From contig PLYZ01000067.1 of the NCBI GenBank assembly GCA_003151935.1, positions 33,784-97,783 on the forward strand: a stretch of 64,000 nt of DNA, in the 5' to 3' direction. Source of the DNA: Candidatus Dormiibacterota bacterium. GTDB taxonomy: Bacteria; Chloroflexota; Dormibacteria; Dormibacterales; Dormibacteraceae. A program made the position numbers and the translations under genes. The notes under the pieces are model-generated. The model made no database searches, was not told the DNA's origin, and worked only from the letters and a program-made list of their open reading frames with translations. Shown one piece after another: positions 1 to 8,770 of the stretch. Each line of letters starts with the position of its first letter. Position 1 is the stretch's first letter.

Positions 1-431
1 ACCAGTCGCTGGACCGCGCGGATGAAGGCCGGGTGGTCGTGGAAGCCGCGCACGAAGGTCAGCTCACCATGCCAGGCCTGTTCGAGCGAGCGTTGGTACC
101 CTCCCAGACTCATGTCGGCGAAATGCGGAGCGAGGGGAAGGCCGATCAACCTGCCCAGGCCGGCGCTCGATGCCTCGGCCGCGCCGTCCGCGATGAAAGG
201 CGACGCGTGCTTCATCCCGACGAACACCGGCAGCCCGAGGCGGTCGCCGATCGCGGCCGCCTGCGCTTGGGTGATCGACGTGAGGGGCGAGCCCCCGATG
301 GCCCGGTAGCGCGACTTCAGCTCGGCAAGAGATTCCGGCGAAGGCCTCCTTCCGCCCCGGATGTGCGTGAAGTAGTCTTCGATGCCATCGTCACCCGCAG
401 GGCTGCCATACGCCATGCAAATGACGCCCAC
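1..431 (-). CDS. hemH: Ferrochelatase (CpfC/HemH type), N-terminal part only; gene runs off the left edge
   Basis: My translation of the minus strand from GTG 431-429 gives VGVICMAYGSPAGDDGIEDYFTHIRGGRRPSPESLAELKSRYRAIGGSPLTSITQAQ..., a ferrochelatase N-terminus. It is absent from the ORF track because no stop lies inside the window. It sits directly downstream of hemE. Confidence 0.8.
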   Translation of the reverse strand, partial: MGVICMAYGSPAGDDGIEDYFTHIRGGRRPSPESLAELKSRYRAIGGSPLTSITQAQAAAIGDRLGLPVFVGMKHASPFIADGAAEASSAGLGRLIGLPLAPHFADMSLGGYQRSLEQAWHGELTFVRGFHDHPAFIRAVQRL

Positions 432-498
432 CCCCCCGAACTTTGAGGACCCGCGCAGCGGCGCGCCCTGAGTTCGCGGGGGCCCCTTCACGGTTGGC

Positions 499-1527
499 TC
501 ATGCGACACGCGCGACCTGCCACTCGTGCACGGTCTCGACGAGAAGCTGCAGATTCTCGAGCGGCGTCGACGGAAGGACCCCGTGCCCGAGGTTGAAGAT
601 GTGACCCGGCCGGCCCCCGGCACGGCGGAGGATGTCGCGCGCGCGCTCGCGTACGAGCTCGGGTGGCCCGAGCAGCACTGCAGGGTCGAGGTTGCCCTGG
701 ATGCCGCGGTCATGGCCGACCCTCTTCCAGCCGGCATCCAGCGGCACGCGCCAATCGAGCGACACGATGTCCGGCCCCGCGGAGGCGATCGATTCGAGCA
801 GCCCGGCCGTGTCCGTGCCGAAGTGGATACGCGGCGCGCCGGTGGAGCGAAGCGCGTCGAAGATGGAGCGAGTGTGGGGGAGAACCCGCGATTCGTAGTC
901 GTCCACGGCCAGGGCGCCGGCCCAGGAATCGAAAAGCTGGACCGCGCTCGCGCCGGCTGCCACCTGCGCCTGGAGGTAGCCCGCCATGGTCGCCGAGAGC
1001 TTCACCAGCAGCTGATCGAACGCTTCGGGTTCCGAGTACATGAATGCCTTCACGCGGGCGAAGTCGCGGCTGGGCCGTCCTTCGATCAGGTAGCTGGCCA
1101 GCGTGAACGGACCGCCGGCAAACCCGATCACGGGGACCGGGGACAGAGCGACGACGTGGCGAACCGCTGCGATCACCTGCGGCGCGGCCTCCTCCCCGGA
1201 CGGCACCGCGAGCCTTTCGACGTCGGCCGGCGACGCGATGGGCCGGGCGATGATAGGCCCGACGTTCTCCACGAGCTCAAACTCGACGCCCATCCCGCGC
1301 AGCGGAAGCATGATGTCCGCGAACATCACCGCTGCGTCGACGCCGAGGCGGCGCACCGGCTGCAGGGTCACCTCTGCGCACAGTTCCGGCTGCGCGACGA
1401 TGTCGACCAGGGTCCAGCGTTCGCGCAGCTTTCGATACTCGGGTAGAGATCGGCCCGCCTGTCGCATGAGCCAGACCGGCGTGATCTCGACGGCCCTGTG
1501 GTGAGCCGCCTCGATAAACCGGCTCAC
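499..1527 (-). CDS. hemE: Uroporphyrinogen decarboxylase
   Basis: 342-aa track ORF with PVWLMRQAGRSLPEYR near the N-terminus and a full-length URO-D pattern. The GTG start overlaps the hemQ stop (GTGA). Confidence 0.95.
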   Translation of the reverse strand: MSRFIEAAHHRAVEITPVWLMRQAGRSLPEYRKLRERWTLVDIVAQPELCAEVTLQPVRRLGVDAAVMFADIMLPLRGMGVEFELVENVGPIIARPIASPADVERLAVPSGEEAAPQVIAAVRHVVALSPVPVIGFAGGPFTLASYLIEGRPSRDFARVKAFMYSEPEAFDQLLVKLSATMAGYLQAQVAAGASAVQLFDSWAGALAVDDYESRVLPHTRSIFDALRSTGAPRIHFGTDTAGLLESIASAGPDIVSLDWRVPLDAGWKRVGHDRGIQGNLDPAVLLGPPELVRERARDILRRAGGRPGHIFNLGHGVLPSTPLENLQLLVETVHEWQVARVA

Positions 1528-2213
1528 CTCGCGCCGTTCGTGGCGCCGAGCAGTGCGGTGATCTCCTCGATCGGCCGGTGGATCGCGGTGAGAATCGGCG
1601 TGTCGCGCACGGTGGACCGGCGGCTGTCAGTTCCGCGCAGCGCGCGGACGAGCTCGCTGAACTTCGGCAGGTCGTCCGTTTCATACGCGACCAGAAAATC
1701 CATGTCGTCCAGGCCGAAGCTGTTCGCCAGCAGCTGGCGCACCTCGGGGTATTCGTGGCCGACGCGCATGTGCTCGTTCATGATCCCCTGCCGCGCCTCT
1801 TTGCCCAGCAGGTACCACTCAGTGCCTTTGGTGAACGGGTACACGATCAGATAACGCGCCCGCTCGCCGCTGAAGAGCGACTGTTCTTGCGGAGTCGGCT
1901 TCTTGACGTACTGCGAGGATTGGATCACGCCGAGGAAGCTCTCCTTCACGCTCATCCAAGCACCCATGCCTGACCGCAGCACCGACGCCGCTCGCTGTTC
2001 GAGTGAGTCCAGGGTTGGGGCGAGACTCCATAAGAGCAGATCCGCGCCGGGCTGCAGCCCGACCATCGAGTAGGAGTGAGTGACCACATCGGATTCCTGG
2101 CTGACAGCCGCTGAGAGTTCCTCGGCTGTCTCGCAGCGCTGCGCGGCCGGGAGGCGGCGCCACGCCGGATCCAGGCCGAGGGCGAGCGCATGGACGAACC
2201 TCGCTTCGCTCAT
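1524..2213 (-). CDS. hemQ: Coproheme decarboxylase (chlorite-dismutase fold, HemQ/ChdC)
   Basis: YLIVYPFTKGTEWYLL...MNEHMRVG...MDFLVAYETDD is the HemQ family pattern. ATG 2213 overlaps the hemB stop (ATGA). The track ORF starts 15 nt further upstream at a GTG. Confidence 0.85.
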   Translation of the reverse strand: MSEARFVHALALGLDPAWRRLPAAQRCETAEELSAAVSQESDVVTHSYSMVGLQPGADLLLWSLAPTLDSLEQRAASVLRSGMGAWMSVKESFLGVIQSSQYVKKPTPQEQSLFSGERARYLIVYPFTKGTEWYLLGKEARQGIMNEHMRVGHEYPEVRQLLANSFGLDDMDFLVAYETDDLPKFSELVRALRGTDSRRSTVRDTPILTAIHRPIEEITALLGATNGAR

Positions 2214-3217
2214 CGCTCGTTCAGCCACGCGGCCGCGTCGGCCGCGAAGTAGGTGACGATGACGTGGGCGCCGGCTCGAGCGATCGAGGTCAGCGACTCG
2301 AGGACCGCGCCTCTCCGATCGATCCAGCCGCGCTCCGCGGCCGCCTCGATCATCGCCGCCTCACCGCTGACCTGGTACGCGGCGAGCGGCACATCGAACC
2401 GTTGACGTGCCTGCGCCAGCAGGTCGAGCGAGGTGATCGCGGGCTTGACCATCAGGATGTCGGCTCCTTCGCTCGCATCGAGATCCAGCTCACGCATCGC
2501 CTCGCGACCGTTGGCCGGGTCCATCTGGTACGACTTGCGATCGCCGAAACCCGGCGTCGAGCCGGCCGCCTCCCGGAACGGTCCATACAGGACCGAGGCG
2601 TGCTTGGAGGCATAGGCGATGATCGCCGTGCCATGAAACCCGGCGGCGTCGAGGCCCGCACGCAGGGCGGCGACCTGGCCGTCCATCATCGCGCTCGGAG
2701 CCACGACGTCGGCGCCGGCTTCGGCGTAGGCGATGGCCGCATCCGCCAGCAGCGGCAGAGTCGCGTCGTTGTCGATGCGATCGCCGTCGAGGACTCCGCA
2801 GTGGCCGTGAGTCGTGTACTCGCACAGGCAGACGTCGGCCGCCAGCGCCAGCGGCAGCTTCGCGGCTTTGAGCCTGCGCAGCGTTTCCGGCACCGGGCCG
2901 GTTTCGTCCGCCGCTCCCTCGCCCCGTCCGTCCTTTGAATCCGGTATGCCGAAAAGCAGTACGCCGCCCACGCCGAGGCCGGCCAGGCGCTCGGCTTCGG
3001 CCACCGCGAGATCGGGGCTCAGTCGGGCATGGCCCTTGAGGGACCGGATGTCTTCGCGACGGCCGCGGCCTGAGACCACGAAGATCGGCGCGACGAGCTG
3101 TGCCGGGTGGAGCCGGGTCTCTCGCACCAGCTCCCGGAGGTGAGGATTGGCGCGCAGCCGTCGCGGCCGGTCGCCGGTCGGAATCGGAACAGTCCGGGTT
3201 CGAAGCAGCTCACGCAC
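2210..3217 (-). CDS. hemB: Porphobilinogen synthase (delta-aminolevulinate dehydratase)
   Basis: The C-terminal ~335 aa of the 478-aa track ORF are HemB (RPRRLRANPHLRELV..., ADVCLCEYTTHGHCG). The Arg/Pro-rich N-terminal extension overlaps hemD and looks non-coding. Start set at GTG 3217, which overlaps the hemD stop; ATG 3256 is the alternative. Confidence 0.9.
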   Translation of the reverse strand: MRELLRTRTVPIPTGDRPRRLRANPHLRELVRETRLHPAQLVAPIFVVSGRGRREDIRSLKGHARLSPDLAVAEAERLAGLGVGGVLLFGIPDSKDGRGEGAADETGPVPETLRRLKAAKLPLALAADVCLCEYTTHGHCGVLDGDRIDNDATLPLLADAAIAYAEAGADVVAPSAMMDGQVAALRAGLDAAGFHGTAIIAYASKHASVLYGPFREAAGSTPGFGDRKSYQMDPANGREAMRELDLDASEGADILMVKPAITSLDLLAQARQRFDVPLAAYQVSGEAAMIEAAAERGWIDRRGAVLESLTSIARAGAHVIVTYFAADAAAWLNER

Positions 3218-3917
3218 GTTTGTCGCCCTCCATCGGTAAAGCGTGTACGACGGCATCGGCGAGGCCGGACACGCTCGGGGCGTCCGCCTCTGAGAGGACC
3301 ACGAAGCCTCGCGAGCGCGCGCTGTTCGTGGTGCGAGGCCCGATTGTGATGGCGGGCATTTGCGCTGTGCCGCCCAGCTCGAGGAATCCTCGCACGGCCG
3401 ATCCCGAGGCGAAGACGACAGCCCGCAGGTCGGGATCGGCCAGCGCGGCACGCAGCTTTTCCGCCGAGGCGGCCGGTCCCTCGACTGTGCGGTAGGCGGT
3501 GACCTCTTCGACGGTCGCGCCCCGACGGCGCAAACGGTCGGGCAGGTCCTCCCCTGCCGCCGACGCCCGGACCAGGGCGATTCGCTTGCCCTGGACGTCG
3601 GGCAGAGTGTCCCCAAGGTCCGCCCCGTCGGCACGACCCGGCACATGTGACGGTTCGACGCCGCGCGCTCGGAGAGCTCGGGCTGTCTCGGGCCCGACGG
3701 CCGCGAATCGCGGCCCGGACGGCAGCGCGGCGAGCGCCTTGACGCCTCGCGCGCTGGTGAGCACGATCCAGTCGCAGTCCGCCAGCGGGCCGGCGTTGAA
3801 TTCGACCGGTTCTGTCTGCACCATCGGCACGGCGTGCACCCGGTAGCCTCGCCGGCGCAGCGCGTGCACGAGAGGATCGGATTCCCCGTCCGGGCGTGTG
3901 ACCAGGATCGCGATCAT
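3210..3917 (-). CDS. hemD: Uroporphyrinogen-III synthase
   Basis: MIAILVTRPDGESDPLVHALRRRGYRVHAVP... fits a HEM4-type protein. ATG 3917 overlaps the hemC stop (ATGA). The first 60 codons of the track ORF lie inside hemC. Confidence 0.8.
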   Translation of the reverse strand: MIAILVTRPDGESDPLVHALRRRGYRVHAVPMVQTEPVEFNAGPLADCDWIVLTSARGVKALAALPSGPRFAAVGPETARALRARGVEPSHVPGRADGADLGDTLPDVQGKRIALVRASAAGEDLPDRLRRRGATVEEVTAYRTVEGPAASAEKLRAALADPDLRAVVFASGSAVRGFLELGGTAQMPAITIGPRTTNSARSRGFVVLSEADAPSVSGLADAVVHALPMEGDKRA

Positions 3918-4801
3918 CGCAGCGCCACCTCGGCGAGCAGCCGCCGGCCGAGCCTGCCGGCCAGGTCCGTGCCCTCGGCGCGAGCGCCCTTCAGACGCTC
4001 CACCAGCTTGCCCGAGCCATCGCTGTTCACTCCGCCCGCGAGCAAGGTGAGCTCGTCCCCGCTGATCGCGGCGAGCGCTCCTACCGGCGCCCGGCACGTT
4101 CCTCCGGTCGCCCGGAGCACCTCGCGTTCAGCCTCCACCGCCAGGCGTATGTCCTGGTCGTCGATTTCTGAGACCAGCTGCATCAGCCGGACATCGGATC
4201 GCCGCACCTGCACCGCCAGCGCTCCCTGGCCCGGCGCCGGCGTGACGACGTCAGGCTCGAACCTCTCATCGATCCGCGAATGCCTGCCCAAGCGGTCGAT
4301 CCCGGCAGCTGCCAGCACCAGGGCATCGGCTGCGCCTTCGTCAAGGCGGCGCAGGCGCGTTTCCACATTGCCGTGCAGCGGAACCACCTTCAGGTCCGGT
4401 CGCGCGGCGAGAACAAATCCGGCTCGGCGCGGGCTGTCAGTGCCGACGATCGCGCCTCGGGCCAGCGATCCGAGGGAAGCCCCGCCGTACCTGGTGATCA
4501 AAGCATCGCGGGGATCGGCACGTTCGGGGTAGGCGGCGATGACAAGGCCGGGATCTTCCTCGAGCGGCACGTCCTTTGCGCTGTGGACCGCGATGTCGAT
4601 CTCCCCGGCGAGGAGGGCGCGGGCGATGGCGGCGACGAATACGCCCTCGCCGGGCGACATGTCGACCGGCCGCACGTCGCCTTCGGTCACGATCGGCACC
4701 AGGTCGACCAGGTGACCCGCGCGGCGCAACCGCTCCGCGATGAGCTCGCTCTGAGTCAGCGCCAGCTTCGAGCCGCGCGTCCCGAGCCGTATGGCTGTCA
4801 C
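3914..4801 (-). CDS. hemC: Hydroxymethylbilane synthase (porphobilinogen deaminase)
   Basis: IRLGTRGSKLALTQSE... N-terminus and full-length HemC pattern. The GTG start overlaps the stop of the upstream HTH gene (GTGA). Confidence 0.95.
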   Translation of the reverse strand: MTAIRLGTRGSKLALTQSELIAERLRRAGHLVDLVPIVTEGDVRPVDMSPGEGVFVAAIARALLAGEIDIAVHSAKDVPLEEDPGLVIAAYPERADPRDALITRYGGASLGSLARGAIVGTDSPRRAGFVLAARPDLKVVPLHGNVETRLRRLDEGAADALVLAAAGIDRLGRHSRIDERFEPDVVTPAPGQGALAVQVRRSDVRLMQLVSEIDDQDIRLAVEAEREVLRATGGTCRAPVGALAAISGDELTLLAGGVNSDGSGKLVERLKGARAEGTDLAGRLGRRLLAEVALR

Positions 4802-5445
4802 GACCGTTCCGCCGTGTAGCCGCTGGTCAGCGCCACCAGGAGGCGGTCCACGGCGCCTTCGCCTTCGACCAGCAGCGCGGTGGCCTCGCGCGTGTCGAGC
4901 CTCCGCCGCCGCGCGATCGCCGCCAGCTCAGCGGTGAACGCTCCGCGAAACCTGACGAAGGCCTCGAGCGTGGCGGAGAGAGATGCCCCCAGCGCCGCCG
5001 CGCGACGCCCGTACTGCGCGGCCTGGTCTTCCGCCTCGACGAGCTTGACCGCCGACGTGCGCGGTGCCTCGTTCAGATGATCGAGGAGCAGAAGCAGGAG
5101 CCTGCGTCCGCGGTCTTTCAGATCCGCCCGTTCGGCTTCGGTCAACGCCGCGATTCGGGGGTCGTTGGCCGGGCGCCCCGGTTGCCGGGGCCGCAGATAC
5201 GCGCGCGTCACCCTGGATGCGCTCGCGGTCAGGCCGGTCAGGATGGGACGGCGGCTGCGGGGCTGCGGCACCAGCGACTCGATCGCGCTGCGAGGGAACC
5301 GCCGGTGACCGCCCGGCGTGACGAAGGCGGCGACGTCTCCGTGGTCCGCCCACTTGCGCAGGGTCCCGGGCGTGATGCCGAGGAGCCTGCTGGCCTCGCC
5401 CAGGCTCAGCCATGGCGAGCGGGCATGCGACGTAAGCGACCCCAC
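4798..5445 (-). CDS. MerR/excisionase-type HTH DNA-binding protein with an uncharacterised C-terminal helical domain; first gene of the hem operon
   Basis: WLSLGEASRLLGITPGTLRKWADHGDVAAFVTPGGHRRF is the HTH_17/excisionase-family motif. It is translationally coupled to hemC. Confidence 0.7.
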   Translation of the reverse strand: MGSLTSHARSPWLSLGEASRLLGITPGTLRKWADHGDVAAFVTPGGHRRFPRSAIESLVPQPRSRRPILTGLTASASRVTRAYLRPRQPGRPANDPRIAALTEAERADLKDRGRRLLLLLLDHLNEAPRTSAVKLVEAEDQAAQYGRRAAALGASLSATLEAFVRFRGAFTAELAAIARRRRLDTREATALLVEGEGAVDRLLVALTSGYTAERS

Positions 5446-5530
5446 CGTGGAGAAATTATGGCGAAACCTGACGAAAGCTATCGATCCGGCGCACCGCGAT
5501 CAAGCCTTCGGTTTCCTCCATCATGGGTCC

Positions 5531-6259
5531 ATGCCGGTGCTGATCTCCGAAGACGGCCGCTGGTGGTGGGACGGCACGCGGTGGCGTTCGCGTTCGGTGG
5601 AGGGCCGGCTCGACCTGTTCTGGTTCACCAGCACGCCCGAATGGACCACGCGCGTGATCGTCACGGGCCTGATCGGGTTGATCCCAATCGTCGGGGCGAT
5701 CAACATGCTCGGCTGGGTGTTGACCGCCACGGACATGGTCCGCACGGGTTGGAAGGAGCTGCCGCCGGCGGGCTTCCGGCACCTCGAGAGGGGCGTCGCC
5801 CCATTCGTGGTCGGTTTGATCTACGGAGTCGCGCTGGCAATCGTCCTGGTCGTGCTGATTGTGTTCACCGTGCTTTTGGCCGTGTCCGGTCGAACCCACC
5901 TCGTGGTCGCGATCGGCATCGGCGTGCTGATCCTGCTGCTCCTGATCGCGTGGTGGCTGGCGGCCCTCTATCTTTTCGCGGCCGTGCTGATCGGGTCCGA
6001 CCGGCTCGGCATCGCCAAGGCGGTCGACCCGGCGCGTCTGTTTGCGCTGGCCAGGGCGAACCACGACGTCTCCCTGCACGTGGCCCTCCTGTACGCCGCG
6101 GCGACCATCGCGCTCGGCGCGATCAGCGGTTCGGTGAGCTTCTTCTTCCCGCTCGCCATCTTTCTCACCTCCCTCATCCTCCCCGCGATCTACGCGATCC
6201 TGGTCCCAAGCCTCGCCGCCTTCCGCGTGGAGGCCCCGACCGATCCAAAGCCGGCCTGA
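5531..6259 (+). CDS. Polytopic membrane protein (DUF4013-like) with an N-terminal GRWWWDGTRW motif
   Basis: Several long hydrophobic segments and good third-position GC. The track ORF start (5318) overlaps the divergent HTH gene. ATG 5531 or GTG 5447 are plausible starts, so the start is uncertain. Confidence 0.55.
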   Translation: MPVLISEDGRWWWDGTRWRSRSVEGRLDLFWFTSTPEWTTRVIVTGLIGLIPIVGAINMLGWVLTATDMVRTGWKELPPAGFRHLERGVAPFVVGLIYGVALAIVLVVLIVFTVLLAVSGRTHLVVAIGIGVLILLLLIAWWLAALYLFAAVLIGSDRLGIAKAVDPARLFALARANHDVSLHVALLYAAATIALGAISGSVSFFFPLAIFLTSLILPAIYAILVPSLAAFRVEAPTDPKPA

Positions 6260-6342
6260 TTTCGATGTCGGATAGTGCAGACATTGGTGCATAAAGCGAG
6301 GAAGATCCGGGCAGGGGTTTCGGCAGGGAAGGGATTGGGCGC

Positions 6343-6373
6343 GGTGGCGGTAAGCGGCTTGCGGACCGCCACC
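6343..6373. terminator. GC-rich hairpin (9-bp stem GGTGGCGGT/ACCGCCACC, 13-nt loop) between two convergent genes
   Basis: Seen directly in the sequence. It is followed only by a weak T-containing tract (GATTGATT), so terminator function is tentative. Confidence 0.25.
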
Positions 6374-6463
6374 GATTGATTCCCGGCTGAACCGACTCGG
6401 ACCGCCGCGAGGATTTAAATAGCCCGCGTGGCACAGACCGACCGCCTGCTCGACGGTGACGGC

Positions 6464-6802
6464 TTACGTCCTGGACGTTTCGTCCCATTCCGGGTGCTTG
6501 CGGAAAAGGCCGCCCCACCCGAGGTGAAACCAATGCTCTTCGCGATAGGGAGGCAGCGCCGTGACGTCGGCCTCCGAGAGGTCGGTCACGACGTGTTTCT
6601 CAGTGATCTTCTTGATTCGCACGGCTGAGATCTCGAGCACATGGCCTCCCGGCTTTCGCTTCACGACGATGCCGTGAAAGATGTCCTCCGCCTCGTCGCC
6701 GAGAAGGGATTCCGCCGTCCCGATCTCGGAACCGTCGGCCGCCACCACCGGCGCCCGATACGGCATCGCGCGCCACGCCACCGCTGTCTCGTCATCGAAC
6801 AT
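6464..6802 (-). CDS. PRC-barrel/DUF2171-like small protein
   Basis: VVAADGSEIGTAESLLGDEAEDIFHGIVVKRKPGGHVLEISAVRIKKITEKHVVTDLS resembles PRC-barrel proteins. ATG 6802 was chosen because the upstream 37 codons of the track ORF look non-coding. Confidence 0.5.
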   Translation of the reverse strand: MFDDETAVAWRAMPYRAPVVAADGSEIGTAESLLGDEAEDIFHGIVVKRKPGGHVLEISAVRIKKITEKHVVTDLSEADVTALPPYREEHWFHLGWGGLFRKHPEWDETSRT

Positions 6803-6866
6803 GAGGACAACGATACGCACGGCGAGCTTTACTCGCTGAACAAGGGCGCGTACAACAAGCATTGAG

Positions 6867-7637
6867 ATGAAGGACGATTCGATCCTCAGGCCCCTGTATA
6901 CGTTCGCGCCCAAGCTTCGTGCCGCGTCGAACAGGGCTTTGAGCGTCTACCTGCCCGTGCGTGCCGAGGGATTCGACATGCGTCAGTACGACATCGAGCT
7001 CGGACAGCTGAGGCGTAGGTACAAAGACCGCCTCGACGACGAAGAACAGGAGATCATGGAGCGAGAGCTGCGGCGCCTTAGCGAGCACCTCGAAGTCGTG
7101 AAGCCAGCCGGATGTCCGGCGCTTGCCGGATTCGGCGACGAACCGGTGGGTTTGCTCGAGCTGGTCAAGCTCCCGATGGAGACGGAGGCGAGGTTGGAGG
7201 TGGGCCCCTTGCTGCTCGCACCGATCGAGCGGCAGCTGGAGCGGTTTCCACCGGCGCTGATAGCGGTGGTCGACAAAGAGCACGCGAAGCTGTTCGCCGC
7301 CGTTCTCGATGAGGTGTATCCGCTCGAGCAGCTTCACGGAGTAGAGGTCAGGCGAAACAAGGCCGGCGGGACCTCCGCGCCGAGCAACCAACGCAAGGCG
7401 GACAACCGCACGAAGTCCAACCTCGAGCGGGTCATCGACGTCATCGGCCACGAAGTGCAGTCGGGCGCCTACAGGCGGATCTTCGTCGCAGGGCCGGAGG
7501 AGGCGCGCACGGAGCTCGAGCGCCTCATGCCGCCACCCCTGAAGCGCATGCTGGCCGGGCACCTGTCGGCATCCATCCAATCGACTCGACTGCAGCACCA
7601 GCTGCGCCAGGAGCTCGTGCTCGCCAGGTCCCATTGA
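6867..7637 (+). CDS. Bacterial eRF1/Pelota/Vms1-like protein (baeRF superfamily)
   Basis: 256-aa ORF. The central ...VVDKEHAKLF...VEVRRNKAGGTSAPSNQRKADNRTKSNLERV...IFVAGPEE... resembles the GG-x-S-x(n)-Q-R loop and the flanking domain of Vms1/baeRF proteins. The assignment is by eye only. Confidence 0.5.
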   Translation: MKDDSILRPLYTFAPKLRAASNRALSVYLPVRAEGFDMRQYDIELGQLRRRYKDRLDDEEQEIMERELRRLSEHLEVVKPAGCPALAGFGDEPVGLLELVKLPMETEARLEVGPLLLAPIERQLERFPPALIAVVDKEHAKLFAAVLDEVYPLEQLHGVEVRRNKAGGTSAPSNQRKADNRTKSNLERVIDVIGHEVQSGAYRRIFVAGPEEARTELERLMPPPLKRMLAGHLSASIQSTRLQHQLRQELVLARSH

Positions 7638-7722
7638 CCCGACGCCGCACTGACAGAAAACTCTCAGGCTCTCGGGCGAAGCAACATCTGCGTTTGCATC
7701 ACTGATTAGATAGGCGTCTCTC

Positions 7723-7888
7723 ATGTCGAGGCCATCCGACTCCGCGATCGAGGTGACCGCCCTGCGGATACGCGAGCCATCGCGGCACATTCCGTCGAAC
7801 CAGGGTGGAGACGGTCGGGCTGGACGGGATCGACCTGGCCATCCAGCCCGGGGAGCATGATCGCGTCGCGCATGATCAGCGCCAGTGA
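7723..7888 (+). pseudogene. Remnant of an ABC-transporter ATPase N-terminus (frameshifted, truncated before Walker A)
   Basis: ATG 7723 gives MSRPSDSAIEVTALRIREPSRH.... A second frame continues RVETVGLDGIDLAIQPGEH..., the typical pre-Walker-A strand, and then stops at 7886-7888. No GxxGxGKS follows in any frame. Confidence 0.4.
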
Positions 7889-7945
7889 GGCCGGCGTATT
7901 CGTCCGCTCGACGTACCTGCAGTACGTCGCCCTTTTCTAGGGGGC

Positions 7946-8770
7946 TCACCGATTCGCCACCAGCAGCTCCAGCGAGTCGACGAGCCTCGGGCCGGGCCGG
8001 TTGAAATAGGCGGATCCATCGAGGACGACAACGCGCTGTGCGCCCACCGCTTCGATCCGCTCGCGCACTCCGTCGGCTTCCGTCTTTGCCCGGGCGAGGT
8101 CGAAGCCGCACGGCGCCAGGATCAGCAGCTCCGGCCGCGCAGCCATCACCTCGCTCCAGTCCATCGCCACCGACGGGACGCCGGGCCGCGCCAGGCGATC
8201 GTCGATGCCGGCCAGGGCCAGCAGATCCGGCGTCCAGTGCCCGGCTCGATAAGGTGGATCGAGCCACTCGAGAAAAACGCCGCGGACTCTCGGAAGCAGG
8301 CGCACCTTCTGAGAAGCGGCCTCGATGCGCCGGCGCAACCCCTTCATCAACTCCGTGGGGTCGGCGCGACATGCCTGGGCCAGCTCTTCGATGTCGGTGA
8401 GAACGTCCTCGAAGGAATGAGGATGCTGCCGGATCATGCGAATTCCAGCGAGGTCCTGCGCGACCTGGTCGGCCGGAATCGCGCAAACGTCGCAGATGTC
8501 CTGCGCGACCACGAGGTCGGGCTCGAGTGCGAGGATGGCGTCGGTGTCGACGGAGTAAAGCGATCGGCCCTCCATCGCGGCCAGTGACACCTCCGCGTCG
8601 ATCGCACCGCTCGGCTTGTCGAAGAGCCGGAGCGTCGACCGCGTGACGATCGGGCGCGAGGCCGCCTCAGGTGGGTAGTCGCATTCGTGGGTGACGGCGA
8701 CGACCTGGTCCCCAAGCCCGAGCGCGAAAAGTGTTTCTGTCGCGCTCGGCAGAAGCGACACGATCCTCAT
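7946..8770 (-). CDS. BtuF/FhuD-type (Peripla_BP_2) binding protein without a signal peptide
   Basis: MRIVSLLPSATETLFALGLGDQVVAVTHECDYP...EPDLVVAQ...ELLILAPCG is the class III SBP fold. It starts directly with the first beta-strand, so there is no export signal. The ATG overlaps the upstream stop (ATGA). Confidence 0.75.
   Translation of the reverse strand: MRIVSLLPSATETLFALGLGDQVVAVTHECDYPPEAASRPIVTRSTLRLFDKPSGAIDAEVSLAAMEGRSLYSVDTDAILALEPDLVVAQDICDVCAIPADQVAQDLAGIRMIRQHPHSFEDVLTDIEELAQACRADPTELMKGLRRRIEAASQKVRLLPRVRGVFLEWLDPPYRAGHWTPDLLALAGIDDRLARPGVPSVAMDWSEVMAARPELLILAPCGFDLARAKTEADGVRERIEAVGAQRVVVLDGSAYFNRPGPRLVDSLELLVANR

Noticed and set aside
2210-3646. 478-aa version of hemB, and likewise the long N-terminal extensions of hemD (to 4097), livG (to 17289), the Rieske oxygenase (from 47170) and the ATP-grasp gene (to 58446)
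   Set aside because: The extensions overlap neighbouring well-supported genes and are compositionally non-coding. Shorter starts that overlap the upstream stop codon fit both the family N-termini and the operon style of this window.
4798-5445. Excisionase-family HTH and (34863..35921) poxvirus-type topoisomerase IB as possible prophage or mobile-element markers
   Set aside because: No integrase, transposase, phage structural genes, att-like repeats or compositional break lies nearby. Both genes are translationally coupled to housekeeping operons.
6792-8486. 564-aa ORF on the minus strand spanning the baeRF gene, the gap and part of the BtuF-like gene
   Set aside because: It has Arg/Pro/Gly-rich low-complexity translation. 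It is antisense or out of frame to genes with clear family signatures. This is a typical long spurious ORF in GC-rich DNA.
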